Source: an uncultured Clostridia bacterium | GTDB lineage: Bacteria; Bacillota; Clostridia; Christensenellales; Pumilibacteraceae | Assembly: GCA_934270565.1 (NCBI GenBank) | Contig: CAKQPR010000005.1 | Location: forward strand, 20,249 to 84,248 | DNA length: 64,000 nt | Reading direction: 5' to 3' | Shown here: positions 16,555 through 26,255 of the stretch, piece by piece | How positions within the stretch are numbered: position 1 is the first letter of the stretch | How the letters are laid out: every line of letters begins with the position of its first letter | Notes under the pieces: generated by a model | Seen by the model: the letters and a program-made list of their open reading frames with translations, nothing else | Told to the model about the DNA's origin: nothing | Database searches by the model: none | Made by a program: the position numbers and the translations under genes

Positions 16555-17670
16555 ATGCTTGATCCGAGAATCAAAAGGCTTGCCGAAAACCTTGTCGGCT
16601 ATTCGATCGCCGCGAAAAAAGGCGATAAAGTGCTTATCGAAGCGCACGATATAGACTCGCCGCTCGTCGAGTGTCTTATAAAGGAAATCCGCGCCCGCGG
16701 CGCTTACGCGTTCGTCGAAACTTACGACGCCAAAGTCCAGCGTGCTCTTTTAATGGACGCAAACGAAGAATATTTCAAGCTGCTGGCGTCTTATGCTCGC
16801 GGCAGAATGGAAGATATGGACTGTTATATAGGTATACGCGGCGCAATTAACTCATTCGAGGACAGCGACGTTCCCGCCGAAAACAAGGAATTGTATTCGC
16901 GCCTGTACCTGCAACCCATTCATCACGAGCTCCGCGTGTGCAAAACCCGCTGGGTGATTTTACGCTACCCGAACGAGAGTATGGCGCAACTTGCCGGTAT
17001 GTCCACCGAAAAGTTCGAAGATTTCTATTTCAACGTGTGTAACCTCGATTATTCCAAAATGGACAAGGCGATGGACGCGCTCGTCGGACTTATGAACAAG
17101 ACGGACAAGGTGAGAATAATCGCCGACGGCACGGATTTATCCTTCTCGATAAATGGAATGAACGCGATAAAATGCAGCGGACAGTGCAATATTCCCGACG
17201 GCGAAGTGTATACCGCGCCCGTAAAGGACAGCGTGAACGGCGTGATTTCATATAACGCGCCCTCGATCGAGAACGGAATAAAATTCGAAAACGTGCGGCT
17301 CGAATTCAAAGACGGAAAAATAGTAAAAGCCACCTCGAACCACACGGAAGAGTGCAATAAAATCTTCGACACGGACGAAGGCGCGCGGTACGTCGGGGAG
17401 TTCGCGATAGGAGTAAATCCTTACGTGACAAAGCCTATGGGCGATATTCTTTTCGACGAAAAGATTTCGGGGTCGATTCATTTCACCCCGGGGTGTTGCT
17501 ATGAGGACGCGTATAACGGCAATATTTCCGCCGTTCACTGGGATCTTGTGTTAATGCAAACGCCCGAAGTCGGAGGAGGGGATATATTCTTCGACGACGT
17601 TCTTATACGAAAAGACGGCAGGTTTGTGCTTCCCGAGCTTTTCCCGCTTAATCCCGAAAACCTCGAATAG
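16555..17670 (+). CDS. M29-family aminopeptidase (AmpS/PepS-like)
   Basis: MLDPRIKRLAENLVGYS..., NIPDGEVYTAP, GEFAIGVNP are typical of thermophilic-metalloprotease M29 aminopeptidases. Start trimmed to the ATG at 16555. Confidence 0.85.
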   Translation: MLDPRIKRLAENLVGYSIAAKKGDKVLIEAHDIDSPLVECLIKEIRARGAYAFVETYDAKVQRALLMDANEEYFKLLASYARGRMEDMDCYIGIRGAINSFEDSDVPAENKELYSRLYLQPIHHELRVCKTRWVILRYPNESMAQLAGMSTEKFEDFYFNVCNLDYSKMDKAMDALVGLMNKTDKVRIIADGTDLSFSINGMNAIKCSGQCNIPDGEVYTAPVKDSVNGVISYNAPSIENGIKFENVRLEFKDGKIVKATSNHTEECNKIFDTDEGARYVGEFAIGVNPYVTKPMGDILFDEKISGSIHFTPGCCYEDAYNGNISAVHWDLVLMQTPEVGGGDIFFDDVLIRKDGRFVLPELFPLNPENLE

Positions 17671-17702
17671 AGGAATTTTTTTCCGAAATCGCGTGAATTT
17701 GC

Positions 17703-17731
17703 TTGCTAAAAAAAACAAAAACGAGTATTAT
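17703..17731 (+). promoter_or_regulatory. Candidate gap promoter TTGCTA-17-TATTAT
   Basis: TTGCTA 17703-17708, TATTAT 17726-17731. Confidence 0.45.
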
Positions 17732-17794
17732 ATATAAGGTTGAGGTCAACCTCTTCCGCAAAGATGTAAATTATTTTTTGGAGGGACACGAAAA

Positions 17795-18853
17795 ATGTCA
17801 AAAGTAACTAAAGTTGCGATCAACGGTTTCGGACGTATCGGCCGTCTGGCGTTCCGTCAGATGTTCGGCGCGGAAGGCTATGAGGTTGTTGCCATCAACG
17901 ATCTTACCAGCCCCAAGATGCTTGCTCATCTTCTTAAGTACGACACCATGCAGGGCAACTACGCAAACAGCCATTCGGTAACCTATAAGGATTCCGTTCT
18001 CGGCGAAGACGGCAAGACCGTCGTTACCCCCGGTTCGATCACCGTCGACGGCAAGGAAATCACCATTTACGCTTGCCCGAAAGCTCAGGATCTTCCGTGG
18101 AAAGCCCTCGACGTAGACGTCGTACTCGAATGCACCGGTTTTTACACTTCGAAGGCTAAGGCTCAGGCACACATCGACGCCGGCGCTAAGAACGTCGTTA
18201 TTTCCGCTCCCGCAGGAAACGACCTTCCCACCATCGTTTACAACGTAAACCACACTACGCTTACCAAAGACGATCATATCATTTCGGCTGCTTCGTGCAC
18301 GACCAACTGCCTTGCTCCGATGGCTAAAGCGCTTAACGATTTCGCTCCCATCGAGTCCGGTATCATGACCACCGTTCACGCTTACACCGGCGACCAGATG
18401 ATCCTCGACGGTCCGCAGAGAAAGGGCGACCTTCGTCGTAGCCGCGCGGGCGCGATGAACATCGTTCCCAACAGCACCGGTGCCGCTAAGGCAATCGGTC
18501 TCGTTATCCCCGAACTCAACGGCAAGCTCATCGGTTCCGCTCAGCGCGTTCCGACCGCTACCGGCTCAACCACGATCCTCGTTGCAGTCGTAAACAAGAC
18601 CGTTACCAAGGACGAGATCAACGCCGCTATGAAGGCTGCCGCTAACGAATCCTTCGGCTACAACGTTGACGAAATCGTTTCGTCCGACGTAGTAGGTATG
18701 AAGTTCGGTTCGCTCTTCGACTCGACCCAGACCATGGTTATCCCGATGGCAGACGGCAAGTCGATGGTTCAGGTCGTTTCGTGGTACGACAACGAGAACT
18801 CGTATACCAGCCAGATGGTAAGAACGATCAAGTATTTCTCGGAGATCAAGTAA
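17795..18853 (+). CDS. gap: Type I glyceraldehyde-3-phosphate dehydrogenase
   Basis: INGFGRIGR and the active site SCTTNCLAP. 352 aa. Confidence 0.97.
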   Translation: MSKVTKVAINGFGRIGRLAFRQMFGAEGYEVVAINDLTSPKMLAHLLKYDTMQGNYANSHSVTYKDSVLGEDGKTVVTPGSITVDGKEITIYACPKAQDLPWKALDVDVVLECTGFYTSKAKAQAHIDAGAKNVVISAPAGNDLPTIVYNVNHTTLTKDDHIISAASCTTNCLAPMAKALNDFAPIESGIMTTVHAYTGDQMILDGPQRKGDLRRSRAGAMNIVPNSTGAAKAIGLVIPELNGKLIGSAQRVPTATGSTTILVAVVNKTVTKDEINAAMKAAANESFGYNVDEIVSSDVVGMKFGSLFDSTQTMVIPMADGKSMVQVVSWYDNENSYTSQMVRTIKYFSEIK

Positions 18854-18871
18854 TTTAACTTCGCATAACTC

Positions 18872-18913
18872 AAAAAACCGATCGGAGCGTAACGCTTCGG
18901 TCGGTTTTTCTTT
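18872..18913 (+). terminator. Intrinsic terminator after gap
   Basis: Long hairpin AAAAACCGATCGGAGCG...CGCTTCGGTCGGTTTTT followed by a T-run. Confidence 0.75.
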
Positions 18914-18931
18914 GTGAGTATACGAGACTAT

Positions 18932-18959
18932 AAAAAAACCGCACCCGAAAAGAGTGCGG
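18932..18959 (-). terminator. Intrinsic terminator of the small membrane protein gene (minus strand)
   Basis: CCGCAC/GTGCGG stem. On the minus strand it is followed by TTTTTTT. Confidence 0.55.
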
Positions 18960-18976
18960 AGCATTATCGTATAAGT

Positions 18977-19294
18977 TTATTCCGCTGACGAGTTCGGGAA
19001 TACAAACCCGAAAAGAATTATCGAAGTGGTTATGACGAGCGCGACGGCGGCAAGGTTGACGTACAGCACGATACGAAGTTTTTTATTCTTTATCGTGATA
19101 AAAGATAAGCCCGTCGTAAGCAGCGTCGTTCCCATCGAAATGAAATCGTAAAGGATAAGGAATATCCCGCCGACTACCACGCCCGCGGCGTTCGTCTCGC
19201 CGAGAGTGGAGATCGCAAAGACGAGCAGAAAGGCGCAGAACGCAAGGTTAAGAACGGTTAAAATCCATAAAATTACATATAAAACCTTTTTCAT
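18977..19294 (-). CDS. Small hypothetical membrane protein (105 aa, 3 predicted TM segments)
   Basis: MKKVLYVILWILTVLNLAFCAFLLVF... Only the C-terminal 105 codons of the 355-aa track ORF are non-overlapping and hydrophobic. The remainder is antisense to comM. Confidence 0.55.
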   Translation of the reverse strand: MKKVLYVILWILTVLNLAFCAFLLVFAISTLGETNAAGVVVGGIFLILYDFISMGTTLLTTGLSFITIKNKKLRIVLYVNLAAVALVITTSIILFGFVFPNSSAE

Positions 19295-19339
19295 ATCATT
19301 ATTATACCACGGAATTTTCGCAAAGTCAAAGAATATCGT

Positions 19340-19368
19340 TTGCTTTTTTTGTCGTATGCTGATATAAT
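19340..19368 (+). promoter_or_regulatory. Candidate comM promoter TTGCTT-17-TATAAT
   Basis: TTGCTT 19340-19345, TATAAT 19363-19368. Confidence 0.45.
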
Positions 19369-19402
19369 GATTTGAGAAACGGCTGAAAGAAGAGGAGAAA
19401 TT

Positions 19403-20929
19403 ATGCTTGCCAAAATCAACAGTTACGGATTGCAGGGGATAAACGGTTACGCCGTAAGCCTCGAAGTGGATATAAACAACGGACTGCCGAAAATGGACGT
19501 TGTGGGGCTCGGCGATACTGCGGTGAAAGAGAGTCGCGAGCGGGTGAGAAGCGCTATCAAAAACAGCGGGTTCTTCTTTACGCCCAAAGTCATCACGGTA
19601 AATCTTGCGCCCGCTTCCGTAAAAAAGGAAGGTTCGTTGTACGACCTCGGCATAGCGCTCGGTATTCTGTATGCAACCGAACAGATAACCGTTCCCGATA
19701 TAGGCGATTACATAGTTGTGGGCGAACTGTCGCTTGACGGCGAGCTGAGGCACGTCAAAGGAATTTTGCCCATTCTCATATCCGCGCGGGATAACGGATT
19801 TAAAAAGATAATAATTCCCGCCGCGAACGCAAACGAAGCAAGTTATATCGACGGCGTGGACGTTTACGCTTTCGGCACTTTCCGCGAAGTTGTGAGTTTC
19901 CTTGTGGGAGAAACCGTTGTCGAGCCCGTAGCGAAACAACCGATAGCGTTGTCTCTCAATAATCGTTACGCCGAAGATTTTGAGTACGTTAAGGGGCAAT
20001 ACGTCGCTAAGCGAGCTATGGAAATCGCGGCGGCGGGCGGTCACAACATACTGCTTATCGGACCACCAGGTGCGGGCAAAACGATGCTTGCGAGATGTAT
20101 CCCCACGATTTTACCGGACATGACGGTTTCGGAAGCGCTCGAAACAACGAAAATTCACAGCGTGGCGGGAGTTCTCGACGAGAAAAAAGGAATGGTTTTC
20201 ACTCGTCCTTTCCGTTCGCCGCATCACACGGTAAGTATGATAGCGCTCACCGGCGGCGGAGCGACCGCTCACCCCGGGGAAATGAGCCTTGCGCATAACG
20301 GCGTGCTGTTTATGGACGAAATCCCCGAATATCCGCGTTCCTGTCTCGAAATTCTCCGTCAACCGCTCGAAGACGGCGTGATTACCGTTTCGAGAGCGCA
20401 ACGGAGCGTGACGTACCCCGCGAATTTTATGCTCGTGGCAAGTATGAACCCGTGTCCGTGCGGTTATTTCGGCTCGAAAACGCACGAGTGTTCCTGCACG
20501 CCCGTTCAGATCAATAAATATTTATCCAAGCTTTCGGGCCCGCTTATGGATCGTATCGACTTGCACATAACGGTAGACAACGTGACTTACGACGATCTTA
20601 CGAGCGACAAACTCGCCGAGGACAGCGCCACGGTGCGCGCCCGCGTTCAGAAAGCCCGCGAAATTCAGTTGAAACGCTTTGCGGGTACGAACGTCTATTC
20701 GAATTCCAAAATGAATTCGCAGATGATCCGCGAGTATTGCGCGCTCGACGAACGTTCGGAAGCGCTTATGAGAAAAGCGTTCGAAAAGCTGTCTCTTTCG
20801 GCTCGTTCGTACACCAGAATACTGAAAATCGCGCGCACGATAGCCGATCTTGCGGGTGAGGAAAACATAACGGCTTCGCACGTCAGTGAAGCGCTTACCT
20901 ACAGAGGTATGGACAGAGAATATGTATAA
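19403..20929 (+). CDS. comM: YifB/ComM family Mg-chelatase-like AAA+ ATPase
   Basis: N-terminal Lon-protease-like domain, Walker A GPPGAGKTML, GVLFMDEIPE, C-terminal ChlI-like domain. Confidence 0.92.
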   Translation: MLAKINSYGLQGINGYAVSLEVDINNGLPKMDVVGLGDTAVKESRERVRSAIKNSGFFFTPKVITVNLAPASVKKEGSLYDLGIALGILYATEQITVPDIGDYIVVGELSLDGELRHVKGILPILISARDNGFKKIIIPAANANEASYIDGVDVYAFGTFREVVSFLVGETVVEPVAKQPIALSLNNRYAEDFEYVKGQYVAKRAMEIAAAGGHNILLIGPPGAGKTMLARCIPTILPDMTVSEALETTKIHSVAGVLDEKKGMVFTRPFRSPHHTVSMIALTGGGATAHPGEMSLAHNGVLFMDEIPEYPRSCLEILRQPLEDGVITVSRAQRSVTYPANFMLVASMNPCPCGYFGSKTHECSCTPVQINKYLSKLSGPLMDRIDLHITVDNVTYDDLTSDKLAEDSATVRARVQKAREIQLKRFAGTNVYSNSKMNSQMIREYCALDERSEALMRKAFEKLSLSARSYTRILKIARTIADLAGEENITASHVSEALTYRGMDREYV

Positions 20930-22037
20930 TAAGGTATCGGCAAGTAAAATACTTTACTGGCTGAGTCTCGGTTCGTTCTCGGTGCGGAGACAGAAAGAGC
21001 TCGTTGCAAAGTATAAAACGCTCGACGAGTTGTGGGAAGATTTCCCGAAAAATCCGACCGTCCGCGAGTTTGTGGGCGAGAAGGCTTTCGCCGAACTCAA
21101 TCGTTTCCGCTCGGCGGACTATATCGAAAAATCGTTGTCCGGACTTCGCGAAAAGGGCATAGGCGTGATTTCGGTGCTCAACCCGCTTTATTCCGAACGG
21201 CTCCGTCAACCCGAAGTCAACGCGCCTTTGATATTGTATTATCGCGGCAATCCCGAAGCTTTGTGCGGCGAATGCGTGGCGATAGTCGGAACGCGGGCCT
21301 GTTCGAATTACGGCAGAGAAATCGCAAAAAGTCTCGGATACGACCTCGGAGCGGCGGGCGTAACGGTAGTAAGCGGACTTGCAACGGGAATCGACGGTTA
21401 CGCGCACGAAGGAACGCTTGCCGCGAACGGAAAATGCGTTGCGGTTTTAGGCGGCGGGCTCGATCACGTTACGCCTACTGCAAACATAAAATTGCACGAC
21501 AGAATAATCGAAAGCGGAGGTATCGTCATATCCGAGTACCGTCCCGAATTTCCGCCGAATAAATTTACATTCCCCGAACGCAACCGGCTTATATCGGGCT
21601 TAAGTCTCGGAACGGTGGTTGTCGAAGCGGGCGAAAAGAGCGGTGCGCTCATCACGGCGGACTGCGCGCTCGAGCAGGGGCGATACGTTTTCGCCGTCCC
21701 GGGAGCCGTTACGAGCGAGCGCAGCAAAGGTTGTAACGAACTGCTTTATCAGGGCGCGAATATAGCGAGAAACGCCGACGACGTACTGTCCGTTGTAAGA
21801 TCGAACCTCGCCGCTTCGGCAAAAAAATCGGAGAAAAAATCGCCGCCGACCGAAAAAATCGTTGACAAAGATCAAAAAACGGTGTATAGTCTTTTGTCGG
21901 ATGAGGTGAAAACGATGGACGAGCTGATCGAAGGATCCGGGCTCGCTCCCGCCGCGCTTGCGGAGCTTCTTCTCGATATGGAACTCGACGATCTTATCGT
22001 TCGGGTAGGAAACAACGCGTTCAGGCGCAAACGGTAA
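20922..22037 (+). CDS. dprA: DNA-processing protein DprA (Smf)
   Basis: GLATGIDGYAHEG Rossmann-like core and a C-terminal winged helix. Start trimmed to the ATG at 20922, which overlaps the comM stop. Confidence 0.9.
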   Translation: MYNKVSASKILYWLSLGSFSVRRQKELVAKYKTLDELWEDFPKNPTVREFVGEKAFAELNRFRSADYIEKSLSGLREKGIGVISVLNPLYSERLRQPEVNAPLILYYRGNPEALCGECVAIVGTRACSNYGREIAKSLGYDLGAAGVTVVSGLATGIDGYAHEGTLAANGKCVAVLGGGLDHVTPTANIKLHDRIIESGGIVISEYRPEFPPNKFTFPERNRLISGLSLGTVVVEAGEKSGALITADCALEQGRYVFAVPGAVTSERSKGCNELLYQGANIARNADDVLSVVRSNLAASAKKSEKKSPPTEKIVDKDQKTVYSLLSDEVKTMDELIEGSGLAPAALAELLLDMELDDLIVRVGNNAFRRKR

Positions 22038-22051
22038 AAACGGAGAAAACA

Positions 22052-24376
22052 GTGAAGTTAGTAGTAATCGAAGGTGCAGGAAAGGTCAAAACCGTCGAAA
22101 AGTATCTCGGAAACGGTTATAAAGTATTCGCGACGAAAGGTCATATACGCGACCTGCCCGCGAAGTCTTTGGCTGTAAACGTAAAAAACAATTTCGAGCC
22201 GAAGTACGAAATCATGCCGGATAAAACGGCTACCGTTGCGGAGCTTAAAAAGCTTGCGGCGAAAGCGGACGAAGTTTATCTCGCGACCGACCCCGACCGC
22301 GAAGGCGAGGCTATATCGTGGCACATCGCGAACGTTCTCGGATTCAAGCCCGAGGACAAGGTTCGTATAGAATTTAACGAAATTTCGCAGAAAGCCGTAA
22401 AAAACGGGCTCGAGCACCCGAGGGCAATCAACGAAAACCTCGTTGACGCTCAGCAGGCAAGGCGCGTTCTCGACCGTCTCGTCGGTTACAAGCTTTCGCC
22501 CGTTCTGTGCAAAAAGATCCGCAACAATCTGTCTGCGGGGCGCGTTCAGTCTGTAACGCTTCGGCTCATAGTGGAACGTGAACGCGAAATCCGCGCGTTT
22601 AAGCCCGAGGAGTACTGGAACTTCGCGGCGATCCTCGAAAACGGCGAGAAAAACCGCTTCAAAGCTGCGCTCGCTCAGAAAAAAGGCAAAAAATACACGA
22701 TAAAGAGCAAGGAGGAAGTGGATTCAGTTCTTGCCGACCTCAAAAACGAAGATTACGTCGTAACGAAAGTTAAAAAGACCGTTACCAAGTCTCACGCACC
22801 CGCGCCGTTTATCACGTCCACGATGCAGCAGGACGCGCTGAACAAGCTCGGAATGTCGCTTAAACAGACCGCCGCCGCGGCTCAGGCGCTTTACGAGGGC
22901 GTGGAAATCGAAGGAGAGGGAAAGATCGCGCTTATAACCTATATAAGAACGGATTCGACCCGAGTTGCGCCGGACGCGATAAAAGCCGCCCGCGAGTTCA
23001 TCTCGCAGAAGTTCGGCGACGATTACGTTCCCGAAAAACCGAATATTTACGCGTCGAAAAAAACCGCGCAGGACGCGCACGAAGCGATACGTCCGATTAC
23101 GCTTACCCGCGATCCCGAAAAGCTTAAAAATTCGCTGAAAAAAGAGCATTATCGCCTGTACAAGCTTATTTACGACCGCTTTATGGCAAGCCAGATGAGC
23201 GAAGCGAAATACAATTCGGTGTCCGTCGATATCGCGGCGGGAGATTACGGCTTCAAGGTTAGCGGAAAAACGCCTCTCTTTAAAGGATATACGGCGGTTT
23301 ACAGCGCTTACGTCGAGGACGAAAACGACGAAAAGGACGTTCGGCTTCCCGCGCTCGAAGAGGGCGAAAAACTTAACGCCGTAGATTACAAGTACGAACA
23401 GAAGTTCACGAAGCCGCCCGCACGCTATACCGAGGCGAGCCTCGTGAAACTTATGGAAGAAAAGGGTATCGGCAGACCGGCTACCTATGTGCCGACGATT
23501 ACGCTTCTCGGATCGCGCGACTACACCGAAAAAGAAGGCAAATTCTTAAAGCCCACCAAGCTCGGCGAGGATGTCGTAGATATGCTCGTCAAGTATTTCC
23601 CCGATATTATGGACGTCGGCTTTACCGCGAATATGGAGGAAAAGCTGGACGATATCGAATTCGGCGGCAAAGTATGGCAGAAAGTAATTGCCGATTTCTA
23701 CGACGGTTTCGAAGATAAAATCGCGGCGGCGGTCGGCGACAATTTTTCGCTCAAAGCCGCAGACGAGAAAACCGACGTTATCTGCGATAAGTGCGGAGCT
23801 CACATGGTTATCCGCTCGGGTAAATTCGGTAAATTCCTCGCGTGCCCGAACTTCCCCAAATGTAAAAACACAAAGCCGCTCGAACCGGAGAATACAACCG
23901 CCGCTCCCGTCGAAGCCGATAGTTTCTCGCTTCGACCAGCAGGAGAGAAAGCGGCGTCCGCACCGGCGCCCGAAGCGGTTACGGACACGAGCGAAAAAAC
24001 CGAAATCTGCGACAAATGCGGCAGACCTATGGTTATTAAGTCCGGCAAATACGGCAATTTCTGGGCTTGTACCGGCTATCCCGAGTGCCGCAACGTCAAG
24101 AAGATCGGCGGCGCGGTTTCGTCCGATACGTCCGGAAATTACGGAAAGTGCCCCGAGTGCGGCAAACCTTTGAAGAAAATAACGACGACAAAAGCGACCT
24201 TCTACGGATGCACGGGTTATCCCGAGTGCAAATTCACGTCGTTTGATCCGCTTACGGGAGAAAAATGCCCGAAATGCGGCGCGTACACCGTTATTCACAC
24301 CACAAAAAAAGACGGCGACATAATCAAGTGTTCGAATAAGGATTGCGATTATACCGCCGAGGTAGTGAAAAAATGA
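22052..24376 (+). CDS. topA: DNA topoisomerase I with four C-terminal zinc ribbons
   Basis: Toprim DPDREGE, active-site region ITYIRTDS, four CxxC...CxxC ribbons. GTG start. Confidence 0.96.
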   Translation: MKLVVIEGAGKVKTVEKYLGNGYKVFATKGHIRDLPAKSLAVNVKNNFEPKYEIMPDKTATVAELKKLAAKADEVYLATDPDREGEAISWHIANVLGFKPEDKVRIEFNEISQKAVKNGLEHPRAINENLVDAQQARRVLDRLVGYKLSPVLCKKIRNNLSAGRVQSVTLRLIVEREREIRAFKPEEYWNFAAILENGEKNRFKAALAQKKGKKYTIKSKEEVDSVLADLKNEDYVVTKVKKTVTKSHAPAPFITSTMQQDALNKLGMSLKQTAAAAQALYEGVEIEGEGKIALITYIRTDSTRVAPDAIKAAREFISQKFGDDYVPEKPNIYASKKTAQDAHEAIRPITLTRDPEKLKNSLKKEHYRLYKLIYDRFMASQMSEAKYNSVSVDIAAGDYGFKVSGKTPLFKGYTAVYSAYVEDENDEKDVRLPALEEGEKLNAVDYKYEQKFTKPPARYTEASLVKLMEEKGIGRPATYVPTITLLGSRDYTEKEGKFLKPTKLGEDVVDMLVKYFPDIMDVGFTANMEEKLDDIEFGGKVWQKVIADFYDGFEDKIAAAVGDNFSLKAADEKTDVICDKCGAHMVIRSGKFGKFLACPNFPKCKNTKPLEPENTTAAPVEADSFSLRPAGEKAASAPAPEAVTDTSEKTEICDKCGRPMVIKSGKYGNFWACTGYPECRNVKKIGGAVSSDTSGNYGKCPECGKPLKKITTTKATFYGCTGYPECKFTSFDPLTGEKCPKCGAYTVIHTTKKDGDIIKCSNKDCDYTAEVVKK

Positions 24377-25662
24377 GCGTCGTAACGGTAATAGGCGCGG
24401 GGCTTGCGGGTTCGGAAGCCGCGTTGCAGCTTGCTTCGCGCGGCGTGAAAGTAAGGCTTAAAGATTGTAAACCCCGCGAAAAAACGCCCGCCCACACATC
24501 GGACGCGTTCGGCGAGCTCGTTTGCAGTAATTCGCTGAAAAGCGATCTTTTGTCGACGGCGTCGGGACTGCTCAAAGCGGAGCTCAGACTTCTCGGAAGC
24601 GAGCTTATCGCGATAGCCGACGAGGTGAAAGTGCCAGCCGGAAGCGCGCTTGCCGTAAACCGCGAGCTTTTCGCCGCAAAGATAACCGAAAAACTTCGCA
24701 GTAATCCTAACATAGAAATCGTTTGTGAAACCGTTACCGACTTGAATACGGACGAATATACGATTATCGCGACCGGACCGCTTACGCTCGACGGACTTGC
24801 CGCGAAAATCGCCGGGCGCTTCGGATCCGGACTTCATTTCTACGACGCCGCGGCTCCGATTGTGGACGGCGCAAGCATTGACGAAAGCCGCGCGTTCACG
24901 GCGGACAGATACGGCAAAGGCGACGGCGATTATCTGAATTGCCCGATGACGAAGGACGAGTACGACGAGTTTTACAGGGCTCTCGTTTCGGCAGAATGCG
25001 CCGTTCTGCACGAATTCGAAAAGTCGGACGTTTTCGAGGGGTGTATGCCCGTCGAAATCATGGCGAAACGCGGCAGAGACACGCTTTTGTTTGGACCGCT
25101 TCGCCCCGTGGGTTTTTACGACGAGAACGGCAAGCGCCATTATGCGGTCGTTCAGCTGAGAAGAGAAAACGTCGAAGGAAGCGCGTACAACATCGTCGGT
25201 TTTCAGACGAACCTGAAATTCCCCGAGCAAAAGCGCGTTTTCGGAATAATTCCCGCGTTGAAAAACGCCGAATTTTTGCGTTACGGCGTGATGCATCGCA
25301 ATACATTTATAAATGCGCCCGAGGTAATCGACGCGAACTTCAGAGTGAAAGCCTATCCGAAAACTTACGTTGCCGGGCAGCTTTCGGGAGTCGAAGGCTA
25401 CGTCGAAAGTATTATGAGCGGACTTATAGCTGCGCGTTCGATTTTCCGAGACCTTAATGGGCTTGAACCGGTCACGCTTCCGCGCGAGACGATTTGCGGA
25501 GCGCTTTGCGCGTACCTCGACACGCCCAACGCCGCGTTTCAGCCGATGAACGCGAATTTCGGACTTTTGCCGCCGATAACCGAAAAAATCAAGGACAAAA
25601 ACCTCAAGAAAACGATGCAGTCCGAAAAAAGTCTTAAAATTTTAAAAAACTTTACGCTATGA
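24373..25662 (+). CDS. trmFO: Methylenetetrahydrofolate--tRNA-(uracil-5-)-methyltransferase TrmFO
   Basis: MSVVTVIGAGLAGSEAA FAD motif. dprA-topA-trmFO synteny. Start trimmed to the ATG at 24373, which overlaps the topA stop. Confidence 0.93.
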   Translation: MSVVTVIGAGLAGSEAALQLASRGVKVRLKDCKPREKTPAHTSDAFGELVCSNSLKSDLLSTASGLLKAELRLLGSELIAIADEVKVPAGSALAVNRELFAAKITEKLRSNPNIEIVCETVTDLNTDEYTIIATGPLTLDGLAAKIAGRFGSGLHFYDAAAPIVDGASIDESRAFTADRYGKGDGDYLNCPMTKDEYDEFYRALVSAECAVLHEFEKSDVFEGCMPVEIMAKRGRDTLLFGPLRPVGFYDENGKRHYAVVQLRRENVEGSAYNIVGFQTNLKFPEQKRVFGIIPALKNAEFLRYGVMHRNTFINAPEVIDANFRVKAYPKTYVAGQLSGVEGYVESIMSGLIAARSIFRDLNGLEPVTLPRETICGALCAYLDTPNAAFQPMNANFGLLPPITEKIKDKNLKKTMQSEKSLKILKNFTL

Positions 25663-25663
25663 T

Positions 25664-25692
25664 TTGATTTTAATCGCGCGTTGTGTTACAAT
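25664..25692 (+). promoter_or_regulatory. Candidate hslVU promoter TTGATT-17-(TGt)TACAAT
   Basis: TTGATT 25664-25669, TACAAT 25687-25692 with an upstream TG. Confidence 0.5.
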
Positions 25693-25719
25693 GATACAAA
25701 ACGCGATAACGGAGAGAGT

Positions 25720-26253
25720 ATGGATATTAAAGGAACGACAATAATCGGAGTAAAGCGCGACGGTCACACCGTAATCGCCGGAGACGGTCAGGTTACGGCG
25801 GGGCAAACCACGATAATGAAAGGTAACGCAGTCAAAGTCCGCAGACTTTATAACGACGAAGTTATCGTCGGATTTGCGGGAACAGTTGCAGACGCGTTTA
25901 TGCTCAGCGAGAAATTCGAGGAAATGCTCAATAAGTTCAGCGGCAATCTTATGCGTAGCGCCGTCGCGCTTGCTCAGCTCTGGCGCGGAGACGCAGGCTT
26001 CCGTCAGCTCGAAGCGCTTATGATCGTTGCGAACAAGGACGAAATGCTCGTTCTCGACGGAACGGGCAACGTTATTCAGCCCGAAAGCGGCGTTTGCGCA
26101 ATCGGCAGCGGCGGCAATTACGCGCTGTCGGCGGCTCGCGCGCTTATGCGCAATACGAAGATGAGCGCGAAAAAGATCGCGGTGGAAGCGATGAAAGTCG
26201 CGAGCGAAATCTGCGTTTACACCAACGATCATTTCACGGTCGAGGAGGTTTGA
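25720..26253 (+). CDS. hslV: ATP-dependent protease subunit HslV (ClpQ)
   Basis: [15 protein letters not shown] (N-terminal Thr nucleophile context) and [14 protein letters not shown]. Start trimmed to the ATG at 25720. Confidence 0.95.
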   Translation: MDIKGTTIIGVKRDGHTVIAGDGQVTAGQTTIMKGNAVKVRRLYNDEVIVGFAGTVADAFMLSEKFEEMLNKFSGNLMRSAVALAQLWRGDAGFRQLEALMIVANKDEMLVLDGTGNVIQPESGVCAIGSGGNYALSAARALMRNTKMSAKKIAVEAMKVASEICVYTNDHFTVEEV

Positions 26254-26255
26254 TT

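Noticed and set aside
19295-20044. The upstream 250 codons of the 355-aa minus-strand ORF 18977-20044.
   Set aside because: This stretch is antisense to comM and shows no coding features. Only the last 105 codons, from MKK at 19294, form a plausible stand-alone membrane protein with its own terminator.
26094-26255. Track N-terminal extension of hslU. Similar extensions affect trmFO (24343), hslV (25681), dprA (20886), plsX (37352), rsmD (50736), pheS (55217), mutS2 (60839), fba (16441), the aminopeptidase (16510), the TSCPD gene (13155) and the DUF4364 gene (13694).
   Set aside because: In each case an internal ATG or GTG with a GGAGG-type RBS gives the canonical family N-terminus. The extension overlaps the upstream gene or a leader region.
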